From positions 9,125-73,124 of the forward strand of contig JAIXOQ010000006.1 of NCBI GenBank assembly GCA_027486675.1: 64,000 bases of DNA. The letters run 5' to 3'. The number at the start of each line of letters is the position of its first letter. Within the stretch, counting starts at the first letter, position 1. The position numbers were made by a program, and so were the translations under genes. This document shows, one piece after another, positions 27,214 to 37,198 of the stretch. The notes below the pieces were generated by a model. That model saw only the letters and a program-made list of their open reading frames with translations, did not search any database and was not told the DNA's origin. The DNA comes from Pseudomonadota bacterium. Lineage in GTDB: Bacteria; Bdellovibrionota; UBA1018; CAIMNF01.

Positions 27214-30200
27214 AATTGCAGGCGCTGTCTTCTTCTTTTCAGTTACGGCACTTGTGCTCGGTGCACTCGCGTATCTTCAAGGTGAACATTTTGCTTCCAT
27301 AGTGAAACAGTTGATTTCAGATCGTGCCCCGACGCAACTCGGTGTTAATGGCGATTTCTCTACGATCAAGCTGCACTACTTTCCGCCAGGGATTGGTATT
27401 CTCAACCCAAAGGTTCGCGTGAGTCCCGACAACGTGGCGTCTATTCCAGTGGAAGCCACCATTGATGCGGAAGAAGTGTGGCTGACCTTTGCCCCGCTGC
27501 AGATGCTCAGTGGTACCCTGACCATCGATAACATCGTGATTCGAGAGGGTGGAGTTGTAGCGCGGCTCAATAAAGATGCGCTTCAACCCAAGCGTTCAAA
27601 AAGAAAGAAACCAAGCACCTTTAGTTTTCGTGAACTCTTTGATGTGGAGGTTGAACGGGTCACTTTGCTGAATACCTCGTTAAGTCTCAGCACACTAGAA
27701 AGAGAGTCAAAATCAATTGCAAGTGGTGTCGTTGGAAGACTTGAGATCGCAAAACGCAACTCGAGTGTGCCAGCATTCCTACTTGAAGCAGAAATTCAAG
27801 CAGTGCAGCTCCCACTCAGTCAGTGGTTCACAAAGTTTCGCGACCTGATAGTTTATCGTACTTCCTTCAGTGCAGAATTTAGTGAAGAAGGACTAACCTC
27901 CAGAGAGTTTGAGCTTGTTCTACAAGGAGCCACTGTTGGTGGAGCGGCAAAAATCACTGGGAATCTTTTAGACTCTGCTGCATCACCAGAGCTAGATTTT
28001 CAGATCAAAGGCAGCGCTGATTTGGGGCTTGCATCAGGGTACTTTGGGCTATCGGATGTTTCGGGGAAGGTGTCGGCAGCTGTCGAGGGAAGGTCGAAGC
28101 TTTATTCGGTTGATTCAACTCTGATAGCAAAAGCGATGTTGAATGGTGCGTCGCTAGAGTACCAAGGGATCAAGGCCGACCATTTTGAGGCCTCTGCTCT
28201 ATTGGATTTAGTTCGACAGGAGTTAAGGGAAGTTCAGTTTTCCGCCGCAGATGTTGAGAACCCTAAAGTTCAAAACGGGGTGAGGCTGCGAGCCGGACGA
28301 TTGCCGCTTTCGTTTTCTGGTGATCTTGAGGCTCAGGTGGAACTGGATCAGGCTCGACTTCATTGGCTCCTTGGGCCACTCGCCCAGGAAGTAACAAAGT
28401 TTACAACTGACCTCACTGGAAAAATTTTACTTTCTGGAAATGGCGTCAGCAAAAACTCAGTTGGTTATTGGCAGATCAGGCCCGATCTCACATTGACCAA
28501 TCTCAAGCTCGGTTCTGTACTGAATGTCCCTGATGCAATCAAACTGAAAGGTCCAGTTCAGTTCAGTAAAGCAGGTGTGACTCTTCAGGATGTTTCAGTG
28601 AGTCGTGGTGCGATCGGACTCGTAGTGAATGGGGCGGTTGGAAAAGAAGGCTTCGATTTAAATTCTCTAGGTAATGTAGACCTTCGTGACCTTGGGCCGT
28701 TGATTGGAACACCATTGCTCGGTACGGGTAAGCTCAATCTTTCAGTCCGTGGTCCGAGTTCCCGAGTCGTACTTGATTTCGATGCAAACCTAAAAGCGGC
28801 AAACTATCTTGGCTTGAATCTTGGAGACCTTGAAGGGAACGTCAAAGTAGACCTTGGCTTAGATGAGGTCAGCTTTCACAACTTACGTTCCAAGTTCGGA
28901 CGCACTTTTTACACGGTGAAAGAAGGAAAAATCGACATTAGTGGTGGCGATGATCTGAATATTCCGATTCGTATTCAGGACGGTCGAGCAGAAGAAGTTG
29001 CTGTCATTCTAGATCGCCTGGTCTCAAAGCTTGAATGGTACCCGCGTACTCTTAAGGGCCAAATTTCGGGTGATGTATTAATTCATGGGAAGATAGATCT
29101 CCCTCAGTTAAAGGTGGACGCGGATCTCCAGGGAACAGATTGGAGCTGGAAGAGCGAAAAATTTAGAAGAGTGCAGGGGCGGTTTTCTTTAGAAAATCGA
29201 ATCTACTCCCTTAAAAATCTAGTCGCGACGAAAACGACTGGGGAATTCAGTGGAAACGTATCTTTCGACTCTAAGTCCGACGAGATCAGCTGGTCGCTAG
29301 ATACAAAGGGGTTAAGCTTAAAGGATGTCGATGCGGTCGATCGCCTCGATGTTCCGGCCCGGGCGCAGATCTCCGTGAACAGTTGGGGAAAAGGCCGAAT
29401 TTCAAATGTTGAATCCAAGACTGATATTCGCGTGAGTTCCACTCTGTTCCGTGGGGAGGACCTTGCTGACTCTGGCTTAAGAATTGAAACGAGTGACTAC
29501 TTGATTAGGTCGCAGCTCAGAATATTTGGGGATCAGGTGGAAGGAAGCCTCAGATATGCCACCCTCGACCAACAGCCGAGTCAGTTCAATTTAGCGTTTC
29601 GTCAGTTTGATTTTTCCCCCTTAATTCTGATTTTGAATCCGAAGCTTGTCGATGATTCTGAACTTCGGGGGACAATGAGTGGAGGACTCAATCTAGAATT
29701 TCTTACCAATCGTGGTGAGTTTGCACGGGGTAAGGTCGAGCTAGATCAGTATTTGATAGCAAAAAAGGGTTTCAAACTTGAACTGGCAACTCCTGTCAAA
29801 GTCCCGGTCCAGCTCGGTTTCTTTAATATTCCCCCGACTACATTTCGGTCAGAGGGCAACACACTCACTTTGACCGGCACTGGGAATCGTGGGCAAATCG
29901 ACGCTCGGCTTTCAGGCGCAGTCGATCTCCGCCTTCTGGAATTTGTTTCAGGCGCAATCGCTGAATCAAGCGGCAAAGCATTAGTTCAGCTGAGGGGGAC
30001 TGGAACAATCAAGGCTCCTGATGTTTCCGGTGTCGTTGATATCAAGTCTGAACGGTTTCTTCTCGGATTCATCCAAAGTCCAGTAGAGTCACTGAGCGGT
30101 GAGGTGAAGATTCAAGGAAATAAGATCCTAGCTGATCGGCTACGCGGTGATTTTGGTGGTGCAGCTGTTTATGTTCAAAGCAAGATCACAACGCACGCAG

Positions 30201-31249
30201 ATGCATGGCCCGAAATCATGTTGCGAGTGATGCTCGGTGAAAATCGCATTCAGATGAAGCCGTTAGAATCGATTCAACCTAAAGGTTATATCCTTATCGA
30301 GGGCACAGAGCCGCCTTACAAGGTTGGAGGCTCAATTCGCTTGGATGGCGCAGTGTTCACGAAGAGCTTCGGCGGCAACGATACATCTGGTGCCGACGGG
30401 GATAGGTTTTCCCCCGATTCAAACGAGCGCGGTACAGGCACGACTTCGACATTTGTCTTAGATCTTCCAGTATCTTTTGAAAAAGGATTTTGGGTACGGA
30501 ATGAAATTCTTGATGCAGAGTTCCGAGGTCAGGTCACGGTCAAGGGTGAGCCAGGAAATCCTGGTCTCATCGGTGATATGGAACTGATTCAGGGGAAAAT
30601 CCTTTTTAAAGATCGTCCATTTAAGCTTGAAGCAACTCGGGTAGACTTCACGTCCCCTTATGCAATTGAACCTGCTTTCAGTGCGTCAGCTGTTACAGAG
30701 ATTAGTAATCATAAACTCCGCCTTCTTGCGCAAGGAGTTGGAGCAAAGTTTAAAGCAGAGCTATCTTCAGTTCCCTTTCTTCCAGAGCCTGAAATCTATT
30801 CGCTGCTCAGTTCTGGTTTCACTACGAAAGATGTCGGCCGGTTTAGGGGTGGAGATCGTACATACGTGAATCAGGGTGAAGCGGCTTCATTAGTATTGCA
30901 TCAACTTGAATTCAGTCGCGACGTTGAGAAACGCACAGGTTTTGCTTTCGAGTTTGGTGAGGCCTTTGACAATCAAAAGGCAGTGAGTGCATTCAACCCA
31001 CGCGCCGCGCAGCAAAATGTTGCTGCCCCGAAGGTGACTGTGCGGCGCCGTCTGGGTCGCAATCTAGATCTTTCCTTTGGGAGTACCGTAGGAGTTGGAA
31101 CGCAGACCGCTCGCGAAGTGAATGCGGCCTATCGATTGAACAGTGCAGTTTCCGTCTTGGGCGTTTGGACAGCTTTTGAAGGGGTCAATAACCGGGATGC
31201 AAGAACCTCGTATGGGATAGACTTTCGGGTCGATAAGCGATTCAAGTGA
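27191..31249 (+). CDS. tamB: translocation/assembly module TamB-like protein
   Basis: 1352 aa, N-terminal TM anchor, repetitive beta content, DUF490-like C-terminus; adjacent Omp85. Confidence 0.8.
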   Translation: MMLRRRIKIAGAVFFFSVTALVLGALAYLQGEHFASIVKQLISDRAPTQLGVNGDFSTIKLHYFPPGIGILNPKVRVSPDNVASIPVEATIDAEEVWLTFAPLQMLSGTLTIDNIVIREGGVVARLNKDALQPKRSKRKKPSTFSFRELFDVEVERVTLLNTSLSLSTLERESKSIASGVVGRLEIAKRNSSVPAFLLEAEIQAVQLPLSQWFTKFRDLIVYRTSFSAEFSEEGLTSREFELVLQGATVGGAAKITGNLLDSAASPELDFQIKGSADLGLASGYFGLSDVSGKVSAAVEGRSKLYSVDSTLIAKAMLNGASLEYQGIKADHFEASALLDLVRQELREVQFSAADVENPKVQNGVRLRAGRLPLSFSGDLEAQVELDQARLHWLLGPLAQEVTKFTTDLTGKILLSGNGVSKNSVGYWQIRPDLTLTNLKLGSVLNVPDAIKLKGPVQFSKAGVTLQDVSVSRGAIGLVVNGAVGKEGFDLNSLGNVDLRDLGPLIGTPLLGTGKLNLSVRGPSSRVVLDFDANLKAANYLGLNLGDLEGNVKVDLGLDEVSFHNLRSKFGRTFYTVKEGKIDISGGDDLNIPIRIQDGRAEEVAVILDRLVSKLEWYPRTLKGQISGDVLIHGKIDLPQLKVDADLQGTDWSWKSEKFRRVQGRFSLENRIYSLKNLVATKTTGEFSGNVSFDSKSDEISWSLDTKGLSLKDVDAVDRLDVPARAQISVNSWGKGRISNVESKTDIRVSSTLFRGEDLADSGLRIETSDYLIRSQLRIFGDQVEGSLRYATLDQQPSQFNLAFRQFDFSPLILILNPKLVDDSELRGTMSGGLNLEFLTNRGEFARGKVELDQYLIAKKGFKLELATPVKVPVQLGFFNIPPTTFRSEGNTLTLTGTGNRGQIDARLSGAVDLRLLEFVSGAIAESSGKALVQLRGTGTIKAPDVSGVVDIKSERFLLGFIQSPVESLSGEVKIQGNKILADRLRGDFGGAAVYVQSKITTHADAWPEIMLRVMLGENRIQMKPLESIQPKGYILIEGTEPPYKVGGSIRLDGAVFTKSFGGNDTSGADGDRFSPDSNERGTGTTSTFVLDLPVSFEKGFWVRNEILDAEFRGQVTVKGEPGNPGLIGDMELIQGKILFKDRPFKLEATRVDFTSPYAIEPAFSASAVTEISNHKLRLLAQGVGAKFKAELSSVPFLPEPEIYSLLSSGFTTKDVGRFRGGDRTYVNQGEAASLVLHQLEFSRDVEKRTGFAFEFGEAFDNQKAVSAFNPRAAQQNVAAPKVTVRRRLGRNLDLSFGSTVGVGTQTAREVNAAYRLNSAVSVLGVWTAFEGVNNRDARTSYGIDFRVDKRFK

Positions 31250-33837
31250 TTAGAACACTGAATAAATTATGCGTTTTCTTGAACTTCCTACTCCTGATTG
31301 CCTTCTCGCATGTGAGGCCAGTCTGCGCCCAAGAAGTTCGTATTGACCGTATTGAATGGAGCGGAGTTTCCGAAGAATTTAGGGACACCGTTCAGACGGT
31401 GGTTGGAATTTTTCCAGGTGACCCGCTGGAGCAGCCACGTATTACTCGCGCAGTTGAATCGTTGAAGGATTTTTACGTCAGCAACGGTTTTGTTTCCACC
31501 GCAATCTCTAGCGTTTTCGAACGAGTCCCGAAAGCGAGTCGTGCCACAGGAATGGAGAATGTGCTCAGGTTTGATGTCGAGGAGCGAGAACCTTTGCATC
31601 TGGCCAACATTGTGTACGACTATGTCGGGGACACGGGTGAATTGAAACGCCTAGCAGCCCCGCCCACAATTGAATTTGAGCCCTTAGAGCGTTTGAGTGA
31701 AGACCGGGTTCGATCGTTTAAACGATCGCTCGAACAAAAACTCACTGCACTTGATTTTATCGACAACAAGATTACAAAAATCGACTCACAGGTGAAGGTT
31801 GAAGAGGGCAGCACGAAAGTCACTCTTACGTTTCATGTTGATCTTGGTTCAAGGGTTCGTCTGACATTTCGAGGGAATGAATTTTTCACCCGCGCTGAAC
31901 TGCTTAGTACGATCAATGAGCAAAGGGATCGTGGTTTAGGTCGGGACTACGAAAAAACGATCCCCGAAGTGATTCGCCAGGTTTACAAGGACTATGGGTT
32001 CACGCAAACCCTGGTGGAGCCTTACTCATTTGAACGTCAGGGCTTTGATCCAAAACGCCTTCTTTTTAGCATTCAGGAAGGACCGCGTGTAAAGGTCGAT
32101 CGATTCATTTTCGATGGGAATGAGTCATTCACTTCGGACGAATTGGAAGAGATTCTCCTAGCGAGTGGCTCTGATCGAGTCCGGAGTGGGTACTTTAATC
32201 TTCCACAGCTCGAGGCAGCTGCGAATGGGATGATTCAAGAAATCAGAAGACGCGGTTTCTTAGCTGCACGTCTGCTTGGCGTGAAGACAGAGGCAGGTCC
32301 GACGAATGCTAGCGTGAAGATTAAAATCTTTGTTTATGAGGGACTCAGGACCCTCATAGAACATTTAGTAATCTTGGGTAATCAGACAATTAGCTCCTTT
32401 GAGATCGAACAGCAACTAGGATTGCATCCGGGTGATGCACTCAATCTCACTGCGCTTGAAAAGGGATTAGCGACCATCAAGCAGGCCTACAAGGACCAAG
32501 GTAATCTCCAAGTCAAAATTAAGAGTGAAGAGGACAAGACGCTCGTTGAGTATTCCGAAAAAAATCTTGTCGCTGATCTTAAGATCGAAATCGAAGAGGG
32601 CCCGGTCCTTAAGTTAGGAGCCATTCGCATTGATGGGAACCGCCGCACAAAGATTGAAGTCATCGAGCGAGAATTGCAGCTCTCGATCGGTGAGCCCATT
32701 CGGGAATATAAAGTCACTGAGTCCGCCGAACATTTGCGCAGGCTTGGGATCTTCAGCACGGTGAATGTCGATATTCTAGATGAAGGTCTAGGAGAGAATC
32801 GGCGGACTTTGAGAGTCGTTGTTGCGGAAGTGGGTCGAGGGAACATCGGCGGTGGTGTCGGATTTAGAAATGATCTTGGTCTTCGTATTTTTTCCGAGTT
32901 AACGCTCAGCAATCTTTGGGGACGTAACCACAGTTGGATTCTCAACGTGAACGCGAACTACCGTTTGCAGAACTATCGGTTCATCGAGTCCCAGGCGCTC
33001 ATGACATATACATGGCCTTTTGTTTTTTTGGGAGAAACCACGTTTCGACCTTCCATCAATTATGAGCGCAGGCAGTACATTCAGTTCGATGCAGAAATTA
33101 TAGGATTCAGTGCCTCCTTTGATCGAAGTCTCATCGAGGCTTTGCGAATGTTTGGAACCTTGACCTACACGCTCGAAGCAATTCGTCAGTTCAATGCGCG
33201 GCTCGCGAATGATGATCAGCAGATCCGGATTGGTTCGATCACTCCTGCGTTACGTTTTGATTTTCGCGACAACCCGTACAATCCGAGACGCGGATTTTTC
33301 ATTCAGTCGGCCTATGAATACGCCTCAACAAGTCTTGGGTCCGAGAGCTTGCCGAATCCTGTTGGATACAGCCGAGCAACTTTTCGAGCAGACGCTCATA
33401 CGGACATTATCCCTCGGATGGTGTGGAGTCTGAGCGGGCGAGGAGGGATAGCTAAAAACCATGAGCTTTCCGCCGACTCCGAATCCTCCCTTCCGTTGAT
33501 TAAGCAATTCGCTTTAGGTGGAATCAACAATTTGCGTGGGTATATTCTTCAAGAATTGAACGTTCAGGACCGCGTGGTGCGGGACTATATGACTTTCGTG
33601 AATTATCGCGCTCAGGCGGACTATTTCTTCAGTCAGAACCTCAGTGTGGGGCCCTTCTTAGACGCCGGTAACCTGAACGTGAGCAGTTTTTCCTTCGGGG
33701 GGCTCCGTTATGGTGCTGGACTCGGACTGCGCTACGCAACGCCCGTAGGGCCCGTCAACTTTGACTGGGGATTTAAACTATTTCCAAATTCAAATGAGCA
33801 GGCAAATGTCTTCTACTTTTCACTTGGGGTAATTTAA
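31246..33837 (+). CDS. Omp85 family (BamA/TamA-like) outer membrane protein with multiple POTRA domains
   Basis: GN..T...VI.REL POTRA motifs, LGG.NNLRGY, GLRYATPVGP. Confidence 0.9.
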   Translation: MIRTLNKLCVFLNFLLLIAFSHVRPVCAQEVRIDRIEWSGVSEEFRDTVQTVVGIFPGDPLEQPRITRAVESLKDFYVSNGFVSTAISSVFERVPKASRATGMENVLRFDVEEREPLHLANIVYDYVGDTGELKRLAAPPTIEFEPLERLSEDRVRSFKRSLEQKLTALDFIDNKITKIDSQVKVEEGSTKVTLTFHVDLGSRVRLTFRGNEFFTRAELLSTINEQRDRGLGRDYEKTIPEVIRQVYKDYGFTQTLVEPYSFERQGFDPKRLLFSIQEGPRVKVDRFIFDGNESFTSDELEEILLASGSDRVRSGYFNLPQLEAAANGMIQEIRRRGFLAARLLGVKTEAGPTNASVKIKIFVYEGLRTLIEHLVILGNQTISSFEIEQQLGLHPGDALNLTALEKGLATIKQAYKDQGNLQVKIKSEEDKTLVEYSEKNLVADLKIEIEEGPVLKLGAIRIDGNRRTKIEVIERELQLSIGEPIREYKVTESAEHLRRLGIFSTVNVDILDEGLGENRRTLRVVVAEVGRGNIGGGVGFRNDLGLRIFSELTLSNLWGRNHSWILNVNANYRLQNYRFIESQALMTYTWPFVFLGETTFRPSINYERRQYIQFDAEIIGFSASFDRSLIEALRMFGTLTYTLEAIRQFNARLANDDQQIRIGSITPALRFDFRDNPYNPRRGFFIQSAYEYASTSLGSESLPNPVGYSRATFRADAHTDIIPRMVWSLSGRGGIAKNHELSADSESSLPLIKQFALGGINNLRGYILQELNVQDRVVRDYMTFVNYRAQADYFFSQNLSVGPFLDAGNLNVSSFSFGGLRYGAGLGLRYATPVGPVNFDWGFKLFPNSNEQANVFYFSLGVI

Positions 33838-33880
33838 GAATTGACCCAAAAGGGTGTTCTCAGGTACTCCAGTAAGTTCT

Positions 33881-34393
33881 ATGTTTCAACAGAAATCCTA
33901 TTTGGCTCGCCGCACTGGCGCGCACTTTTTCGAGACTCAAGGTCCAAACGCTCCTAAGTGGTACATCGTAGATGCGAAGGGCCAAGTGCCTGGTCGTCTT
34001 GCTTCGATGATTGCAAAGGTCATCACGGGCAAACACAAGACCACTTATTCACCAAGTGTAGACACAGGTGACTTCGTGATTGTGATCAACGCAGAAAAAG
34101 TCGTGTTCACGCGCAACAAGCTCGAAACAAAACTTTACCGTGATTACACCGGTTACATCAGCGGCTTAAAAGTAAAGACCGCACGTCAAATGCTGGAAAC
34201 AAAACCAGAGCAAGTGATTGAGCGTGCTGTTTGGGGAATGACGAACAAGTCATCCTTGGCACGTCACCAAGTGAAGAAACTGAAAATTTATGCAGGTACG
34301 GAACATCCACATGCAGCGCAAGAGCCTCAAGCCCTTCCGCTTGCAGCGACACGCCGTTCAGCATTGACAGCAAAAAACAGAAAAAGGACCTAA
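33881..34393 (+). CDS. rplM: 50S ribosomal protein L13
   Basis: WYIVDA, GRLAS, DTGDFVIVINAEK, HPHAAQ; ATG 33881 preferred. Confidence 0.97.
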   Translation: MFQQKSYLARRTGAHFFETQGPNAPKWYIVDAKGQVPGRLASMIAKVITGKHKTTYSPSVDTGDFVIVINAEKVVFTRNKLETKLYRDYTGYISGLKVKTARQMLETKPEQVIERAVWGMTNKSSLARHQVKKLKIYAGTEHPHAAQEPQALPLAATRRSALTAKNRKRT

Positions 34394-34402
34394 GAAAGAT
34401 TC

Positions 34403-34816
34403 ATGGCAACAAACCAAGAAAAACCAGTTCATCAAGTAGGCAAACGTAAGTCGGCAGTGGCTCGGATTTATCTCCGTCCACGCGCGGGCGAGATCGGTCT
34501 GATTCGTATCAATGGCCGTAGCTTGGAAGACTACTTCCCACGCCCAACGCTTCAGAAGATTGCTCTTCAAAGCTTAGAGCTGACCAGCACACAAGGTCAG
34601 TACGACATCTCGGTAAACATGAAAGGCGGCGGAGTTTCTGCACAAGCTTCTGCACTGCGTCATGGAATCGCCAAAATCTTGAATGAAATTGACCGCACCG
34701 AGTACCGCCTCACCTTGAAAAAGGCTGGCTTCTTGACTCGTGATGCTCGTGAAGTGGAACGTAAAAAGTACGGTATGGCCGGTGCCCGCCGTCGCTTCCA
34801 GTTCTCGAAACGTTAA
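34403..34816 (+). CDS. rpsI: 30S ribosomal protein S9
   Basis: GKRKSAVAR, LTRDAREVERKK, QFSKR. Confidence 0.98.
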   Translation: MATNQEKPVHQVGKRKSAVARIYLRPRAGEIGLIRINGRSLEDYFPRPTLQKIALQSLELTSTQGQYDISVNMKGGGVSAQASALRHGIAKILNEIDRTEYRLTLKKAGFLTRDAREVERKKYGMAGARRRFQFSKR

Positions 34817-34851
34817 TCTTTTGCGCCCCCTGTGGGCGATCTAGTCTTGAC

Positions 34852-34887
34852 GGCCCTCAGGGAAATTTTCCCTGGGGGCTTTTTTTT
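34852..34887 (+). terminator. rho-independent terminator
   Basis: GGCCCTCAGGGAA/TTCCCTGGGGGCT stem followed by a T-run. Confidence 0.88.
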
Positions 34888-34952
34888 GATCTCTTTCCGT
34901 TGAGGCTGGGTTTCTTTTGCCTACATACTAGAGTCTGGAGGCACTTGAATTC

Positions 34953-35747
34953 ATGGGATCACTTTTTAGGCCGTCGTGTGCAGTACTGATCGCTTTGGTT
35001 TCCGTCGCCCAGGCTGCGCAAGCAACGGGGGTGAGCGTGAATGGCAAAATGATCACGGATGCGGACTTGGAGGCGGTGGTGTCCCAGATGCCGGGCAAAG
35101 GGAAGACGGACATCTTAAAGGACCCCGTTTCAAAAGCTCAGCTCATTTCTACACTCGTGAATCAGGAGCTTTTATTTCAGGATGCAAATGCGAAAAAGGT
35201 TTCAGAATCAAAAGAGTACAAACAAGCTTTAGAGGCCTTTAAGAAGCAGCTCGCAGTGGAGTTGCTCGTGCGAAATCAGATCACGAGTAAAGTCACGACT
35301 GCGTCCGCGAAGGACTACTTTGAGAAACATAAGCTTCAGTACTCCAATGATGCTGTGCATGCTCTCCACGTACTGACTAAGACAGAGGCTGAGGCTAAGG
35401 CAATTATGGCTGAAGTAAAAAAGCCTGGGGCTGATTTTCAAATGATCGCTGAGAAAAAGTCGATTGATCCTTCAGCCAAGACCAATCGGGGTGATTTAGG
35501 TTTCTTCGGGCGCGGCATGTTAGATGCCGGATTCACGGAAGCTGCATTCGCGGGAAAAACGAATGAAGTCATCGGGCCAGTGAAGACCTTGTTCGGTTAT
35601 CACATCATCAAGGTGCTCGAGAAGAAAACCGGGAAGCCTGCCGATTTTGCCGAAGCGGAACCACGCGTGCGCGCAGACTTGCAACGTGACCTGATCGCTT
35701 CTCACTTAAATGAGCTTAAGAAGAAGTCGAAAGTTCAGGGTCTTTAA
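34953..35747 (+). CDS. PpiC/parvulin-type peptidyl-prolyl isomerase, exported
   Basis: Signal peptide; HVL, S.DP...GDLGFF, FGYHIIK. Confidence 0.92.
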   Translation: MGSLFRPSCAVLIALVSVAQAAQATGVSVNGKMITDADLEAVVSQMPGKGKTDILKDPVSKAQLISTLVNQELLFQDANAKKVSESKEYKQALEAFKKQLAVELLVRNQITSKVTTASAKDYFEKHKLQYSNDAVHALHVLTKTEAEAKAIMAEVKKPGADFQMIAEKKSIDPSAKTNRGDLGFFGRGMLDAGFTEAAFAGKTNEVIGPVKTLFGYHIIKVLEKKTGKPADFAEAEPRVRADLQRDLIASHLNELKKKSKVQGL

Positions 35748-35749
35748 GG

Positions 35750-37198
35750 TCAGTTTGTAAAATCCCTAGCTGTAATCCCGTATTTCTCAAGCTTTCGAAG
35801 CAAGGTTTTCTTCGGGATATTCGCATGGATCGCCGTTTGATTGATTTTGCCTTTGAATGCCTTAAGGGCGCTGATCAAAAACTGCTTTTCAAACTCTTCC
35901 TTGCTGGCCTGGAAGTCAAAACGTTCCATGGAGACGCTGACGCTTAAGCCGTCGCCCATTTCACTCGTGTCCTCAGATCCGTTTTCGTCTAGCACTACGG
36001 TTCCCGCACTTAAGACTGAGCCGGTGCTCACCCCAGATTGGAGTTTTTCCGGCAGGCTCTCTGGATGAATCAGGTCCATGTTTTCCAACACGAATGAGTG
36101 CTCGATCACGTTTTCCAATTCACGAATATTTCCTGGCCATTTGTGCGCCTTCATCAAAGTGACGGCTCCTTCCGTTAAGCCTTTGATATTCTTTTTGTAT
36201 CGGCTGTTGAAACGCTCAATGAAGTAGGCCGAAAGCGCTTCGATATCATTCTTACGTTCACGCAGTGGTGGAAGTGCGATCGGTAGGACATTCAGCCTGT
36301 AGAACAGATCTTCACGAAACTGTTCATTCTTTATCATTTGTTCCAGGTTTCTGTTTGTAGCAGCTACGATGCGTACATTCGCCTCGATTTCTCGATTGCT
36401 GCCCACAGGGGTGAATTTCTTCTCCTGCAGCACCCGGAGTAACTTCACTTGCATGGCAGGTGAAATCTCGCCGATCTCATCTAAAAACAGTGTTCCGCCT
36501 TCTGCGTATTGGAACTTTCCAATCTTTCTCGAGTCAGCACCGGTGAATGCTCCTTTTTCGTGACCAAAGAACTCGCTCTCAATGAGGGATTCAGGAATCG
36601 CAGAGCAATTGACGGCGACGAAACGATTGTCTTTCCTTGGACCGTAGAAGTGGAGCGCCTGTGCTACAAGTTCTTTACCCGTACCGCTTTCACCGCGTAT
36701 TAAGACTGGGGTGTCGGTTTGCGCAAGGCGATCAATGACCGTAAAGATTTTTTTCATCTCGCTGCTTTGGCCAACAAAGTCCGTACCGTTGGGTAGGCGG
36801 AAGATCGGCGCAGAAAGAGTCATCGCACGTACCATGCTTTGCGTCTTAAAGGCCTTGTCAATCATGTAGACCAAGTTGTCTGACTTCACAGGCTTTTCTA
36901 GGTAGTTGTATGCCCCAATTTTTGTTGCCTCCACTGCGTCTCTGATATTTGAAAATGCCGTAAGAATCATCACCATGATCGAAGCATCATGGGATTTGAT
37001 CTCCCGCAGCGCCTCTATGCCCGTCATGCGCGGCATATTTACGTCCATCAGGACCGCATCAAAAGAGCCCGCCTTCACCTTAGTCACGGCGTCTTCGCCG
37101 TCGGCTGCTTCATCTGTCGCATATCCAGCTTCTTTAAGAGCTGAAGTTACAGAGAGTCTTAGGTCCTTGTCGTCATCGACTACCAATATTTTAGGCAT
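35750..37198 (-). CDS. sigma54-dependent response regulator (NtrC/AtoC family)
   Basis: Receiver (VVDDD, MDVNMP), GESGTGKE, GAFTGA, Fis HTH. Confidence 0.94.
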   Translation of the reverse strand: MPKILVVDDDKDLRLSVTSALKEAGYATDEAADGEDAVTKVKAGSFDAVLMDVNMPRMTGIEALREIKSHDASIMVMILTAFSNIRDAVEATKIGAYNYLEKPVKSDNLVYMIDKAFKTQSMVRAMTLSAPIFRLPNGTDFVGQSSEMKKIFTVIDRLAQTDTPVLIRGESGTGKELVAQALHFYGPRKDNRFVAVNCSAIPESLIESEFFGHEKGAFTGADSRKIGKFQYAEGGTLFLDEIGEISPAMQVKLLRVLQEKKFTPVGSNREIEANVRIVAATNRNLEQMIKNEQFREDLFYRLNVLPIALPPLRERKNDIEALSAYFIERFNSRYKKNIKGLTEGAVTLMKAHKWPGNIRELENVIEHSFVLENMDLIHPESLPEKLQSGVSTGSVLSAGTVVLDENGSEDTSEMGDGLSVSVSMERFDFQASKEEFEKQFLISALKAFKGKINQTAIHANIPKKTLLRKLEKYGITARDFTN